Notes under the pieces: generated by a model
What the model was told of the DNA's origin: nothing
The model's database searches: none
What the model saw: the letters and a program-made list of their open reading frames with translations, nothing else
Part shown: positions 52,320-64,000 of the stretch, one piece after another
How the letters are laid out: the number at the start of each line of letters is the position of its first letter
How positions within the stretch are numbered: position 1 is the stretch's first letter
Position numbers and translations under genes: made by a program
Origin: Fidelibacterota bacterium
Lineage (GTDB): Bacteria > Fidelibacterota > Marinisomatia > Marinisomatales > TCS55
Direction of reading: 5' to 3'
Length of the DNA stretch: 64,000 nt
Assembly (NCBI GenBank): GCA_046861385.1
Contig: JBHHTW010000006.1
Span: forward strand, 1 to 64,000

Positions 52320-54110
52320 ATGTCTAATGAAATTAATACAATTTATTCATATGAACATTTTATGAAACTGCATAGAAAAATAAAACAAGCGATCCCGTTT
52401 TTACAGTCTACTGTGACCCGGCGTGAGCTTATTGGTTTATTAGGGGCCATGATTGCGCACGTGTTTTTCCTGACAGAAATTGTTGAATTTGTGGGTTTTA
52501 ATGTTTTACGCATATTTTTTTCAATCGTTGTTTTCGCAAATTTTTCTCTCCTATTGTTTTCTATCTTTCAACATTACCGAATCAGAATATTTGGATTGGG
52601 TATATATCTTTTATTGCTTTGGTCTAATGTGATCCACTTCAGATTCTTCGGTTCTACTATGCATTTGGGTTCAATGTTAAATTTTGGATTTCTACCGATC
52701 CTTGGATCACAAATAATGTATTTATTCCGCTGGACAGACAGTGTTTATTTGTTATCATTGATCACAGGGTTAATCTTTTTTAAACATTCAAATATATTAT
52801 CAATCCAAAAACGCAAATATCAAATAGCAATCCTGACCGGCACATACATTATTTTGCAAGTGTTTCTTTATTTTGCCGCAACACAAAGCTCTCTCAACTC
52901 AGCCAGAAAATACAATGAACCATTTACACGGTGGGATATCTACAAGGAAATTCGAATTGAGAGCCGAGATCATACTGGCAGTGTTTTGTATTTTGGATTT
53001 CTCTGGACTTACGGAGTTGATCTATATCGGATGAATAAAAACCCCGGACAATCAGAACCAATTCCCGAAACTAATTTTTCCATTGATATACCACCGGGAA
53101 AACGGCGGAATATTATTGTCATCCAAGTGGAATCTCTTGATAATAATGTGATTCATCATACTGTTGGGGATCAACTGGTCATGCCCTTTCTTCATCGCTT
53201 AACGGAGGGGTCGATTTATTTTCCGAACATATTCGCCCAACATACCAGCGTGGGCGGAACCTCCGATGCCGAGTTCAGTATGTTAACCTCCCAATATCCC
53301 CTTGGAAAAAAAGGCGCTTTTTTCGCCAACGGATTAGAAAAGCTGCCATCTGTTCCGGCATTATTAAATCGCAACGGATACGTAACATTGGTCTTTCATG
53401 GCAATTCCGGTTCTTATTTCAACCGCAAACAAGGCATGATGCAGCTTGGATTTCAAGAAACATTTTTCAAAAATGATTTTACCATCACCGATCCTGATAA
53501 ATGGCATGCCCTGAAGGATAAAGATTTTTTTCTACAAGTCGAAAAAACATTGTCTGGGACAAATAATCCATATTTCGCTTTTATCCTGACTTTAACCAGC
53601 CACACCCCATTCGACCTGATTGATGAATCTGATTTTACTGTTGATTTCAATATAAAAAATCCCCTGGTTCGTAATTATCTGAATTCCATGGCTTATGTGG
53701 ATGGCGTTTTAGAAGAATTTATTTCTACAATGCAGCAAACGGATCCCAATTCCCTTATCATTATTTTTGGTGATCACTGTGCGAATATTAATGAACCGGA
53801 ATATGCTTCTTATGATATAAAAGGGCTGGAGCCAATTCCATTATTTATATTAGATCAAATGAATCCATCAAAAATGGAATTATCAATTTCAGGCTCCACA
53901 ATTGATATTAGTCCCACATTATTTGATTATCTCGGAGTTGATCTCCCAACCTTCTGGCAGGGGAAATCATTGCTGGATGAACAAAATACTAAAAATACAT
54001 TCATTTTGAATTCACAATACTATTTTGATGCTAATAGAACAATGCAAAAAATATCGGATCGGTCCGTTGATACAAAGGAGTTATACAGAATTCAAAAATA
54101 CATTTGGTAA
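52320..54110 (+). CDS. LTA-synthase (LtaS/sulfatase-like) membrane transferase
   Basis: N-terminal TMs; IQVESL, GGTSDAEF, TSHTPF, FGDH. Confidence 0.9.
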   Translation: MSNEINTIYSYEHFMKLHRKIKQAIPFLQSTVTRRELIGLLGAMIAHVFFLTEIVEFVGFNVLRIFFSIVVFANFSLLLFSIFQHYRIRIFGLGIYLLLLWSNVIHFRFFGSTMHLGSMLNFGFLPILGSQIMYLFRWTDSVYLLSLITGLIFFKHSNILSIQKRKYQIAILTGTYIILQVFLYFAATQSSLNSARKYNEPFTRWDIYKEIRIESRDHTGSVLYFGFLWTYGVDLYRMNKNPGQSEPIPETNFSIDIPPGKRRNIIVIQVESLDNNVIHHTVGDQLVMPFLHRLTEGSIYFPNIFAQHTSVGGTSDAEFSMLTSQYPLGKKGAFFANGLEKLPSVPALLNRNGYVTLVFHGNSGSYFNRKQGMMQLGFQETFFKNDFTITDPDKWHALKDKDFFLQVEKTLSGTNNPYFAFILTLTSHTPFDLIDESDFTVDFNIKNPLVRNYLNSMAYVDGVLEEFISTMQQTDPNSLIIIFGDHCANINEPEYASYDIKGLEPIPLFILDQMNPSKMELSISGSTIDISPTLFDYLGVDLPTFWQGKSLLDEQNTKNTFILNSQYYFDANRTMQKISDRSVDTKELYRIQKYIW

Positions 54111-54113
54111 AAA

Positions 54114-55220
54114 TTATTGAAGAAGTGTTGTATAAATATCAAATAGTTGTTTTTCTTGTGCTTCCCAAAAATATTTTTCATTAAAGGCTTCGTATCCATT
54201 TTGGCTGAATAAAGAATATTTTTCATTATCGTCAAATAGGGTAATAATTCCTTCTGCTAAAGCGGAGTGGGAATCGGGTTCTACGCAAATACCGCACTGG
54301 ACTTTATCAATATATTTCCTGGAAGGCGGAAGATCGAAAGAAACAATCGGCAGCTTACATGCACTGTATTCAAACATCTTTATAACAATATTATTTCGAA
54401 ATTTATCTATATTATAAAAAGGAAGAAGACCTATGGAGTGTTCAGCAATTTTTGCTGCAATTTCCGGATGAGGAATTGGATCGACCAAACAGATATTTTT
54501 CTGTAAACCGTAATTTTCAATCAATTGCCTGCATTTCTTCTTTTCATTCGGATAGGAAAAATGTCCCACCAGATCCAGCCCTGCATCAGGATATTTATTT
54601 ACAACCCGCCTCATCGCTTCAATCATTAAAAACAGACCCCGTTCCCGACGCAGCTGGCCATGATAAATAATGGTAAATGGGCGTTGATCTATTGTTTTGT
54701 CATCAATATTAAAAATATCTTTATTGGGATAATTATAGATTAACGTACAAGGTCCAACGTCTTTGTAGTAATCAAAGAGCCAATCATCGCTGGCAATATA
54801 ATGATCTATATTTTTTAGAAACCAGTTTTCAAATTGCCCCATTCCGAATCCAAGCATTTGAGGAATCGGAAACGGTTTTCTAGAAAATTCCCGGTACATG
54901 GCACTCCAATCCTCCGCCGGATCGTATATTAATTTAACATTATGTTTGGACTTGTATTTTACTGCCGGGGGCAATAATTGCGGTTCTGTAATCTGAATAA
55001 TATCCGGTTGAATTGCTTTGAGGTGTTCAATAATCCAAGTTGATTTTCTAACTGAAGACGCACCATCATTTCCAGAAATTGAAATTCCATCGCTTTCTGA
55101 TGAATTGACCCTCGGGTTAATGATTGAGACTGATGCAATTTTTTTCAGGGATCGAGCGAGTTTATAATAAATACGATCGTCGTATGGATTTGGATTGGTG
55201 GTTAAAAGACAGATTTTCAT
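54114..55220 (-). CDS. Glycosyltransferase family 4
   Basis: DDRIYYK, YHGQLRRERG, KMFEY..C.LPIV. Confidence 0.9.
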   Translation of the reverse strand: MKICLLTTNPNPYDDRIYYKLARSLKKIASVSIINPRVNSSESDGISISGNDGASSVRKSTWIIEHLKAIQPDIIQITEPQLLPPAVKYKSKHNVKLIYDPAEDWSAMYREFSRKPFPIPQMLGFGMGQFENWFLKNIDHYIASDDWLFDYYKDVGPCTLIYNYPNKDIFNIDDKTIDQRPFTIIYHGQLRRERGLFLMIEAMRRVVNKYPDAGLDLVGHFSYPNEKKKCRQLIENYGLQKNICLVDPIPHPEIAAKIAEHSIGLLPFYNIDKFRNNIVIKMFEYSACKLPIVSFDLPPSRKYIDKVQCGICVEPDSHSALAEGIITLFDDNEKYSLFSQNGYEAFNEKYFWEAQEKQLFDIYTTLLQ

Positions 55221-56662
55221 TTTTTAAAAGGAATATACGACTGTATAAACTGTTTTTCTCTTGGGGCAAAAAATCGGGTTACCCATAGCAGTGTTGGATA
55301 TAAACATAGAGTAATGAAACCAATCACCCAACTTTCGCCTAAAAATTTCCACGCTAGGAAAAGGCCTCCCGTTATGAGAATTATTCTTGCGAGGCGTTTC
55401 CATTCCCAGGTAAGGGGATAAAAACGAATGATTACAAAATACTGCAATATTACCATGATACAATAACCGATCAAAGTTGCGACCGCTGCTGATTTATACC
55501 CAAATCTAGGGATGAGCAGAAAATTTATTATAATATTGATAAGAGCAGCCGCACCATTCAAGACCGGAATCCAACCATTCTTCTTTTTAATATAAATACC
55601 TGGGAGCTGCACCAGAAATGCACCGAGGAAAATATAAGCAAGCAGCACGATGGGAACAATGCTCAAACTGTCCCAATAAACCGGGCTGATAATCGGACGG
55701 CTTCCAATGGGGATTTGAACTAAATACTTAATAAAAAAGGTCAGAATGAGAAATATATAGGAAGTGACCAGCATAAAATAAGTTCCTGTCCTGGCGAACA
55801 ATTGCGGCGCATCTTCCTTGTCCGCCTGCTTTAAATAGTAAGGCTGCCAGGCAAATTTGAATGCCATTACAATAATGAGCATAAAGATTCCCAATCGGTA
55901 ACTGGCGCTGTACAGACCCACGGCCTTTTCATCCACAAGCCATTTAATCATGTACCGGTCAATCAATTCATTGAAAATACTGGCAATCCCGGATGGAATG
56001 TACGGCAGGGCAAAAATGAACAGTCCTTTCCACCAATGTGGACTGAATCGTAATTCCATCGTTTTGATGATTTTGGGTAAAATCAAAAGAAAGGCAGTGC
56101 CGGACGCGATGAGGTTGCTTAAGAAAATATATTCAATACTGAGCTGTAGAATTCCGATCCACCAGATATTCAATCCCAAAACAATCATCACATGGGACAG
56201 CTCAATCGAAACAAAATGATACGGTTTATTTTCTAATCGGAGGAGGACCTTTGGAAGTGCAATGAAAGTATCAAACGCAAGAATTCCGATGGCAAGTCGA
56301 ATAAGATGGGTATATTGGCTTCCAACCGTAAGGCTGGAAATTCCACCGGAAAAAATAAACATTAAACCGCCTAAAATAAGAGACGATATTAATAGAGAAA
56401 TAAAGGTCGTGGAAAAAATGGTTTTCTTATTTTCATCTGTTTTTTCCAATCCTTGGTACCGCATATAGGCAACATCCATTCCATGAGAGAACAAAATATT
56501 TGCAAAAGCAATAAAAGCATAAAGAAGAGACACTACGCCATATTCGTCTGGACTAAGGCGGTGTGTATATAATGGTAGTAAGAGGAAATTGATGAAACGG
56601 GTAATAAAATGCCCGAATCCGTACACAACAGATTGTTTTCCCAGTTGAATTAATGATGACAT
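55217..56662 (-). CDS. Oligosaccharide flippase (Wzx/MOP family)
   Basis: LLLPLYT..LSPDEYG, IDRYMI, VGLYS; ATG at 56662 avoids the long overlap of the track ORF. Confidence 0.9.
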   Translation of the reverse strand: MSSLIQLGKQSVVYGFGHFITRFINFLLLPLYTHRLSPDEYGVVSLLYAFIAFANILFSHGMDVAYMRYQGLEKTDENKKTIFSTTFISLLISSLILGGLMFIFSGGISSLTVGSQYTHLIRLAIGILAFDTFIALPKVLLRLENKPYHFVSIELSHVMIVLGLNIWWIGILQLSIEYIFLSNLIASGTAFLLILPKIIKTMELRFSPHWWKGLFIFALPYIPSGIASIFNELIDRYMIKWLVDEKAVGLYSASYRLGIFMLIIVMAFKFAWQPYYLKQADKEDAPQLFARTGTYFMLVTSYIFLILTFFIKYLVQIPIGSRPIISPVYWDSLSIVPIVLLAYIFLGAFLVQLPGIYIKKKNGWIPVLNGAAALINIIINFLLIPRFGYKSAAVATLIGYCIMVILQYFVIIRFYPLTWEWKRLARIILITGGLFLAWKFLGESWVIGFITLCLYPTLLWVTRFFAPREKQFIQSYIPFKK

Positions 56663-56678
56663 TAAGAGATCGTTTGAA

Positions 56679-57641
56679 TTAGAAACGAATTTCCAATGTA
56701 TCCCTGAATTGACCGGCGGCGCCAAAATTTTCTTTAAACCGTGCCAGCCCCATGTTGGGTTCTTCATTGACCGTAAATATACCAAAATCAAAAACAGAAA
56801 AATGTTTGTCAATTGCCCATTCAAATATTTTATAGAACAGCAGATTAATCGGCCGGCTTTCCTGATAATCTTCATCATGGCTGATGTAAAATGCCAATAC
56901 AACACGATCAGTCACTGAGAAATTCACAACGCCCGCAACCATTTTATCTTCTATAAAAGCACCAAATAAATGAATTTTATCAGGAAACAGTTTTTTGAGA
57001 TCGATCAGTTCTTCCAACGTATGTGTCGGAGTAACATTGTGTCGAATACTCAAATTCTTTTTTAATATTTTATAAAATACGGCAAAATCATCTGATTTTT
57101 TTATTACTACACCGGATTTCTCTGCTTTGCGGACGGCGGTTCGATGTGTTGATTTAAATTTCCCTAAATTTTCTCCAATGGTTTTTTCCAGAAAAAGGAC
57201 ACTGGATATTTCCCTTTTTATGTACGAAAAACCATTATGTCGTAACGCAAAATCGATATAATGGGAAAGGCGTTTGCTGTAAATCGTTGGCGGCTGGGTT
57301 AAACGAATTCCATCAAAACCGTTATTCCTTCCATAAGAAACCAGTTGTTCAACTACATCCAACGCATCAGCAAAGGCAAGATTTTCATTTACCACTAATG
57401 AACCGATTGAGGCGCCGGGATGAGATATCAGCCATCGCTTTTTTTCCTCAATTATTTCTGCGGCAGGAAAAAGACCGATCCGTTTTTCTTTTTTATAACA
57501 TTCAAGACTATGATCCAAAAATCTGTCCGAGGGGTGATAACCAAGAAATTTACGGGTGTGGAACAATGTACCGTTATTTGCGGAGGAAACGAAACTGTCC
57601 CACTCAACTGGATTGTTGTTATATCTCTTTAATGTAATCAT
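56679..57641 (-). CDS. GNAT/FemAB-like acyltransferase
   Basis: WDSFV, TLFH..FL.YH, RKAEKSGV, FDFG, GLARFKENFG. Confidence 0.85.
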   Translation of the reverse strand: MITLKRYNNNPVEWDSFVSSANNGTLFHTRKFLGYHPSDRFLDHSLECYKKEKRIGLFPAAEIIEEKKRWLISHPGASIGSLVVNENLAFADALDVVEQLVSYGRNNGFDGIRLTQPPTIYSKRLSHYIDFALRHNGFSYIKREISSVLFLEKTIGENLGKFKSTHRTAVRKAEKSGVVIKKSDDFAVFYKILKKNLSIRHNVTPTHTLEELIDLKKLFPDKIHLFGAFIEDKMVAGVVNFSVTDRVVLAFYISHDEDYQESRPINLLFYKIFEWAIDKHFSVFDFGIFTVNEEPNMGLARFKENFGAAGQFRDTLEIRF

Positions 57642-57731
57642 AGGATAATTAGAACGAAAAATTAGGTGGAGATGTTTCCATATACAATTCCTGATTGATT
57701 TACCTTTGCACTGCTAAAATCACATCTCTAA

Positions 57732-59386
<1,655 letters not shown>

Positions 59387-59395
<9 letters not shown>

Positions 59396-59456
59396 TTAAT
59401 GGTAACTGGTGAGTGGTAACTGGTGAGTGGTAACTGGTGAGTGGTAACTGGTGGGT
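59387..59456. repeat. Tandem heptamer array, (GGTAACT GGTGAGT)n
   Basis: Three perfect and one near-perfect 14-mers at 59401-59456, preceded by two further heptamers. Confidence 0.9.
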
Positions 59457-59574
59457 TGTGGAGCGCCAGCCCGCCGTGGCGGTGGGACTTGGCAATGAGA
59501 GCTTATACCCCAAAATCTGCCTGGAAGACAATGGGGAATTAAAATACAATGGTTAATATGAAATGTTTAATCAT

Positions 59575-60153
59575 TTAAAATCCGAGGTTATAATATATTC
59601 TGTCCCCGCCCATTTTACCGGTACAGATTAGTTCAACATTTTTTGGTTTTGATTTGAAATCGTAGATTAATTCTGCTGTGACTGATTTTGTTGGTTTAAT
59701 AATAGCCAAGTCCTGATATTTTCCTTCAAAGGGATTTAACTCGCCCTTGTTTTCTCCATTGCCAATCACTTTCAACAAAGCCATGGCTGAAAAATCCAAA
59801 TCCTTTGTGGGGTGAATGTTTGTCACTCGCAGCGAAACGGTTACTCTATTTCCATTGCGGGCCGCTTCCAGGAGATTGTATTTCCCGTGGTCAGCAATCT
59901 GCTCAACTCCGACAGGATGAGACACCCTTCCTTCTTTCAAGGATTCAATTGGAATATAAAATTCAATGGTCGCTTTAATAAACTTCCCTGACTTATCTTT
60001 TTTCAGTTTTACAACTTTTGTCCCCGGATATAATTGCCCGACCTGATTATTTTTTGATTCATCCCGGGAAGAATAAATCTTGGTATTTTTAATTGTTTCT
60101 GTTTCCTGGGCAAAAATGAGAAGAGGTAATAGTAAAGAAAATAAAAATTTCAT
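59575..60153 (-). CDS. Exported hypothetical protein (SH3b-like plus Ig-like domain) cotranscribed with motAB
   Basis: Signal peptide; VGQLYPGTKV SH3-like segment; 7-bp gap from motB. Confidence 0.6.
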   Translation of the reverse strand: MKFLFSLLLPLLIFAQETETIKNTKIYSSRDESKNNQVGQLYPGTKVVKLKKDKSGKFIKATIEFYIPIESLKEGRVSHPVGVEQIADHGKYNLLEAARNGNRVTVSLRVTNIHPTKDLDFSAMALLKVIGNGENKGELNPFEGKYQDLAIIKPTKSVTAELIYDFKSKPKNVELICTGKMGGDRIYYNLGF

Positions 60154-60160
60154 GAGCGTA

Positions 60161-60886
60161 TTAAAATGTAAGCGTATTCGTTTTAATAAAAGCGTCTAAA
60201 TAAATCTCTACTCTTCTATTCCTGGCTCGGGTTCCCATGATAGCCAAACTATTTTTTCCGACTTTATCGATATTTACAACGGGGCGATATTCACCATAGC
60301 CCATGGCAGAAAATTTGTTTTCCGGTATTTGTGAAAACTCACTTAATAGTTTTACAATATTTAAAGCTCTGGCAGTGGATAAATCCCAATTGCTTTCATA
60401 TTTCGCATTTTCCGGAAGAGCGAGATCGTCTGTGTGTCCTTCACATCTGATTTCAACATTCAAAAAACCTCCGCCTTTTTCAATGGCCTCTATCAGTTTG
60501 TCGTATTTTGGGTCATCATTGACATTCAATACTTTCGATACACGGATAATTCCTCCTATTTGTCTTAACAAAGGATATACCATTGGTTGAACTTCTGCCT
60601 CCATCGATTTAAACAATCGACCGCTGGCCATGGTGATTTTTACACCTTTTGTCACTCTTTCCACTGAAACGTAGGATGATTCAATACTTTCTCTCAGTTC
60701 CTCGTACGTTTCATCTAATAGCATGTTGATGACCCGGTCTATATGCTTTTCAGCATCATTCAAAATAACCAATAATAAAATGAAAAATGTTAATAATAGG
60801 GTAACCATGTCTGCATAGGTCAATGCCCATGCAGTACTTTTGGCTCGGGCTTCGGTGGCAGAAACAGCTATAGATTGATGCGCCAA
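60161..60886 (-). CDS. motB: Stator B subunit (MotB/PomB) with OmpA-like peptidoglycan-binding domain
   Basis: WALTYADMVTLLLTFFILL, EGHTDD, NWDLSTARA, NRRVEI. Confidence 0.93.
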   Translation of the reverse strand: MAHQSIAVSATEARAKSTAWALTYADMVTLLLTFFILLLVILNDAEKHIDRVINMLLDETYEELRESIESSYVSVERVTKGVKITMASGRLFKSMEAEVQPMVYPLLRQIGGIIRVSKVLNVNDDPKYDKLIEAIEKGGGFLNVEIRCEGHTDDLALPENAKYESNWDLSTARALNIVKLLSEFSQIPENKFSAMGYGEYRPVVNIDKVGKNSLAIMGTRARNRRVEIYLDAFIKTNTLTF

Positions 60887-60889
60887 GGA

Positions 60890-61705
60890 TTAATTCTCTA
60901 CTTGTCTCTCTGTTCTGGGTACAAATGTCATTAGTTTTTCCTTAATCAGAATTGGATGGTCTTTTTTATGGATGCTGATAATTCCTTCCATAACAATGTT
61001 TTTGAGCATCATTTCATTTTCTGATTTTCGTTTGAGTTTTCCGCCAATGGGTAAAAACACAAGATTGGCAAGCAATACACCGTAGAATGTGGTGATCAGC
61101 GCCAATCCCATCCCGGCTAACAATTCGGCGAATTTTTGAGCCACATCAAAGGACATGGCATCAATTGCCTGGCCGCTGCCTGCACCGGAAAAATTGTTCA
61201 TCATAATTATTAACCCAATAATCGTCCCTAGCATACCAAATGCCGGAGCATAGGCACCCATATAAAAGAAAATCTCTTGTCCCATTGCATGCCGTCTTTC
61301 AACATTATTCAATTCCAGACGTAAATAAGTACGTAATAATCCGGAATCGCGTTCGTTAATAGCTAATTCTATACCGTTTCGTAAAAATGAATCTTCAATA
61401 TTTGACAGATCCGTTTCTAATGATATAATTCCATCTTTACGGGCTTTTTCAGCTTTTTCTACAATTTGATTGATCATGCTCTGGTAGTCATATTCTTCTC
61501 CTGTAAACACATTTTTTACAACATGGAAAATATTCAGGACATGTTTTAAAGGATAATTCACGAGCGTGGCAGCAAATGTACCGCCGAACACAATCAGGAT
61601 TGAGTTAAGATTATAGAACCAATAAAGGTCGCCTCCGTTTCGGATAACGCCTATGGATATGATTGCGATTCCTGCAAATAATCCTAATGCTGTTCCTAAA
61701 TCCAT
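60890..61705 (-). CDS. motA: Stator A subunit (MotA/PomA)
   Basis: IVFGGT, ARKDGIISLE, APAFGMLGTIIGL, ALITTFYG, KLK; AAGGAG SD. Confidence 0.93.
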   Translation of the reverse strand: MDLGTALGLFAGIAIISIGVIRNGGDLYWFYNLNSILIVFGGTFAATLVNYPLKHVLNIFHVVKNVFTGEEYDYQSMINQIVEKAEKARKDGIISLETDLSNIEDSFLRNGIELAINERDSGLLRTYLRLELNNVERRHAMGQEIFFYMGAYAPAFGMLGTIIGLIIMMNNFSGAGSGQAIDAMSFDVAQKFAELLAGMGLALITTFYGVLLANLVFLPIGGKLKRKSENEMMLKNIVMEGIISIHKKDHPILIKEKLMTFVPRTERQVEN

Positions 61706-61894
61706 ACGAACTCCTTAATTAAATGAGCAATGCTAATTAGTTAATGGAAATTTATTTACTCCTCTGGTGTGCAAAGTTAATACATATATTTTTTGATCGG
61801 TAATGGTTGAAATAAACAAAGATTGTTCATATACTTTTTATCATATTGAGGCTGTTTCTTTTACATTTCACTGGTTGGTTTATGAAATAATTCT

Positions 61895-63958
61895 ATGCAT
61901 TTCATTTGTTACATATGTTTTTTCTTTCTGTATTTATTTGTGTACAGTTCTACTCTTTTACCTCAAACAACCCTTTCAGCCGGTGATTTAATGATGGTCA
62001 CAGTAAACGCCGATGGGAATGATAACTTCGATTTTGTTCCGTTGATCGATTTAGAAGCCAATACTGTTATCTATTTTGCTGATAATGCCTGGAATAGTTC
62101 CGCCGTATTGAAAACAAATGAAGGAACTTTAAAATATACATCCTCGTCAGCCGTATCTGCCGGTTCTATTGTTTCTTATCCCGGATCAATTGGGGGAAAT
62201 TGGAGTACGGAAGACGCCGGTTTTAATATAGCCGGTACTGGTGATAATATATTAGTGTTTCAGGGTAGTTCCTCTTCTCCTACATTCATTTATGGCATTG
62301 GTTGGGCAATATCTTCTCCTTGGATTTCATCTGGTATAGTATCAACTCATGATTCATATATTCCTACAGAAATAAGCACATCAGACAATACTGTTGTACA
62401 ATTAACTTCCGCCGATAATAACCAATACATCACCTCCAATGGTACGACCGGCCCCAAATCCACCCTGAGGTACCTGACCTCTCAAACGGGGAATTACAAT
62501 AGCAATAGTAGTACAGCATACACCGCCTTATCCGGTTCTTTTACTATTGGGCAGGCAATTAATGGCAGTTCCGGGTTTAGAATACTATCCAGTCCGGTAT
62601 CCGGAACAATCTACAGTAATCTCCTGGAGCCATTGTGGACGCAAGGATTGGCGGGAGGAGACGTGACAACGGGTACGGCCAACGTTTGGTTGTATAATGC
62701 ATCCGGGGCATCATGGTCACCTTTGACCAACCTAGCAACAGATTCATACACTGCCGGTTCCGGTGTTTTGGTTTACGTATTCAGCGACGTCGATAACGAT
62801 GGGGTTGATGATTTGCCTGTTTACATTTCCGTTCCCGGATCGGAGAATAGCCCAACGGTTTCTGTTTCAACGCCGGCAAGCGCTTGGAATCTACTTGGAA
62901 ATCCATATGAAGCAACCATCGATGCGGATCAGTTATTTTCTGATAATACTAATTATACATCTGTTGTTTACGTTTGGGACGATGCCAATAGCGGCGGTGC
63001 GGACTATCTAACGTGGAATGGAAGTGCCGGAGATCTTTCAAACGGACTCATTGCGCCCTATCAGGGCTTCTGGATACAATCCGGGGCTGGCGGTACAAAT
63101 TTTGATTTCACATCAAGCTGTAAATCTTCCTCCGCCGGTACATTTTATAAAACGATCAATGACACCATTGCCGGCATGAGTTTTTCGATTGCTTCCGGAG
63201 ATTATAGGGATAAGGTTTTTGTGTCGTTTATGAATGATGGTAAATATGGAATAGACAATGCAGATGCATATAAACTTTTGCCAATATCGCCAACCGATAG
63301 GGTGGCCGCCCTCAGTTATTTTGAAGGAATTGGACTGGATATCAATAACCTGCCTTATTATTATGAGGGTTCGATTACCATTCCATTGGACATAATGTAT
63401 CTCACATTAGACGGGAATCAGAATTTTATTACAGAAGCCCATCCTATCACGGTGGGCTGGAATTTAAACAATCTGCCGAATCACATCTCCCTTATGCTGG
63501 TCAATAATAAAACGGGCGATTCGGTTGATTTGATGAATCAGAATGAGATATCCTTAAAAACATTAGGAAAGGGCAGTTTCCCGGCATTTGGATCCCAAGG
63601 TGTAAATATTTATCCCCAAATAGGGGAGAGTCTTTTTACCCTGAAAGTGATATATAATAATCTATCATCCAATAATGAGCAGCCAATTCTGCCGAAAAAA
63701 TTTGCGTTGTTTCCTCCGTATCCAAACCCGTTTAATTCTCAAACAACAATTTCATTTGATTTGGTTACAAGCGAAACGGTTCACCTACAAGTTTATGATA
63801 TTCATGGTCAATGGGTAGATACATTGATCAATGGACCTCTCCCTTCCGGCTATCACAGCGTGCAATGGAAGACAAATTGCCTTTCTTCCGGAATTTATCT
63901 GGTACAACTAAAAGCAGGTAATATGATATTTCACCAAAAAATAACTTTTATTAAATAA
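61895..63958 (+). CDS. Large secreted Ser/Gly/Thr-rich protein with T9SS type-A C-terminal domain
   Basis: WNLLGNPY, IAPYQGFWI, DAYKL, PYPNPFN...SGIYLVQL...KITFIK. Confidence 0.8.
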   Translation: MHFICYICFFFLYLFVYSSTLLPQTTLSAGDLMMVTVNADGNDNFDFVPLIDLEANTVIYFADNAWNSSAVLKTNEGTLKYTSSSAVSAGSIVSYPGSIGGNWSTEDAGFNIAGTGDNILVFQGSSSSPTFIYGIGWAISSPWISSGIVSTHDSYIPTEISTSDNTVVQLTSADNNQYITSNGTTGPKSTLRYLTSQTGNYNSNSSTAYTALSGSFTIGQAINGSSGFRILSSPVSGTIYSNLLEPLWTQGLAGGDVTTGTANVWLYNASGASWSPLTNLATDSYTAGSGVLVYVFSDVDNDGVDDLPVYISVPGSENSPTVSVSTPASAWNLLGNPYEATIDADQLFSDNTNYTSVVYVWDDANSGGADYLTWNGSAGDLSNGLIAPYQGFWIQSGAGGTNFDFTSSCKSSSAGTFYKTINDTIAGMSFSIASGDYRDKVFVSFMNDGKYGIDNADAYKLLPISPTDRVAALSYFEGIGLDINNLPYYYEGSITIPLDIMYLTLDGNQNFITEAHPITVGWNLNNLPNHISLMLVNNKTGDSVDLMNQNEISLKTLGKGSFPAFGSQGVNIYPQIGESLFTLKVIYNNLSSNNEQPILPKKFALFPPYPNPFNSQTTISFDLVTSETVHLQVYDIHGQWVDTLINGPLPSGYHSVQWKTNCLSSGIYLVQLKAGNMIFHQKITFIK

Positions 63959-63988
63959 TGGACTATTAAATACAAAGGAGCGTGAATT

Positions 63989-64000
63989 ATGAAAAATAAT
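63989..64000 (+). CDS. Start of the next gene (partial)
   Basis: AAGGAG SD then ATG AAA AAT AAT at the window edge. Confidence 0.5.

Noticed and set aside
56663-56905. Long N-terminal extension of the flippase ORF
   Set aside because: It overlaps the GNAT gene by over 200 nt; the family-like sequence starts at ATG 56662
59575-61705. MotAB-like pair as Zorya (ZorAB) anti-phage system
   Set aside because: The A subunit is a normal 271-aa stator without the long ZorA tail, and there are no ZorC/D/E genes

Overview
An AT-rich, gene-dense bacterial chromosome segment. It probably comes from an FCB-group diderm such as Ca. Marinimicrobia; this is inferred from YPNPFN-type T9SS/FlgD C-terminal domains, a PorV-like barrel and a DGGGP-synthase-like UbiA. 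Housekeeping content includes ligA, pcm, alkA, dtd, dnaE, prmC, prfA, rpmE, an aminotransferase, rho, folC, murI, an amidase, eno and ftsB, plus two ABC systems, a surface-glycan locus and several outer-membrane proteins. The standout is a stand-alone Cas6b-like gene (39856-40944) inside the rho...rpmE-DUF1385-prfA-prmC cluster, with no CRISPR array or other cas gene in the window. It keeps the Cas6 fold motifs and Gly-rich loop, appears to have lost the catalytic His pair, and has a ~140-aa charged disordered tail. This suggests a domesticated RNA-binding protein, possibly linked to Rho. Other notable items are a 202-bp MITE with a TAATA duplication, a DUF559 gene beside a perfect 22-bp palindrome, two paralogous 69-70 aa membrane proteins bracketed by hairpins, an orphan Na+-type MotAB stator with a third gene, two likely ATC/ATT start codons and a heptamer array. 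I saw no rRNA, tRNA or CRISPR array. All family calls are by motif recognition, with no database searches.
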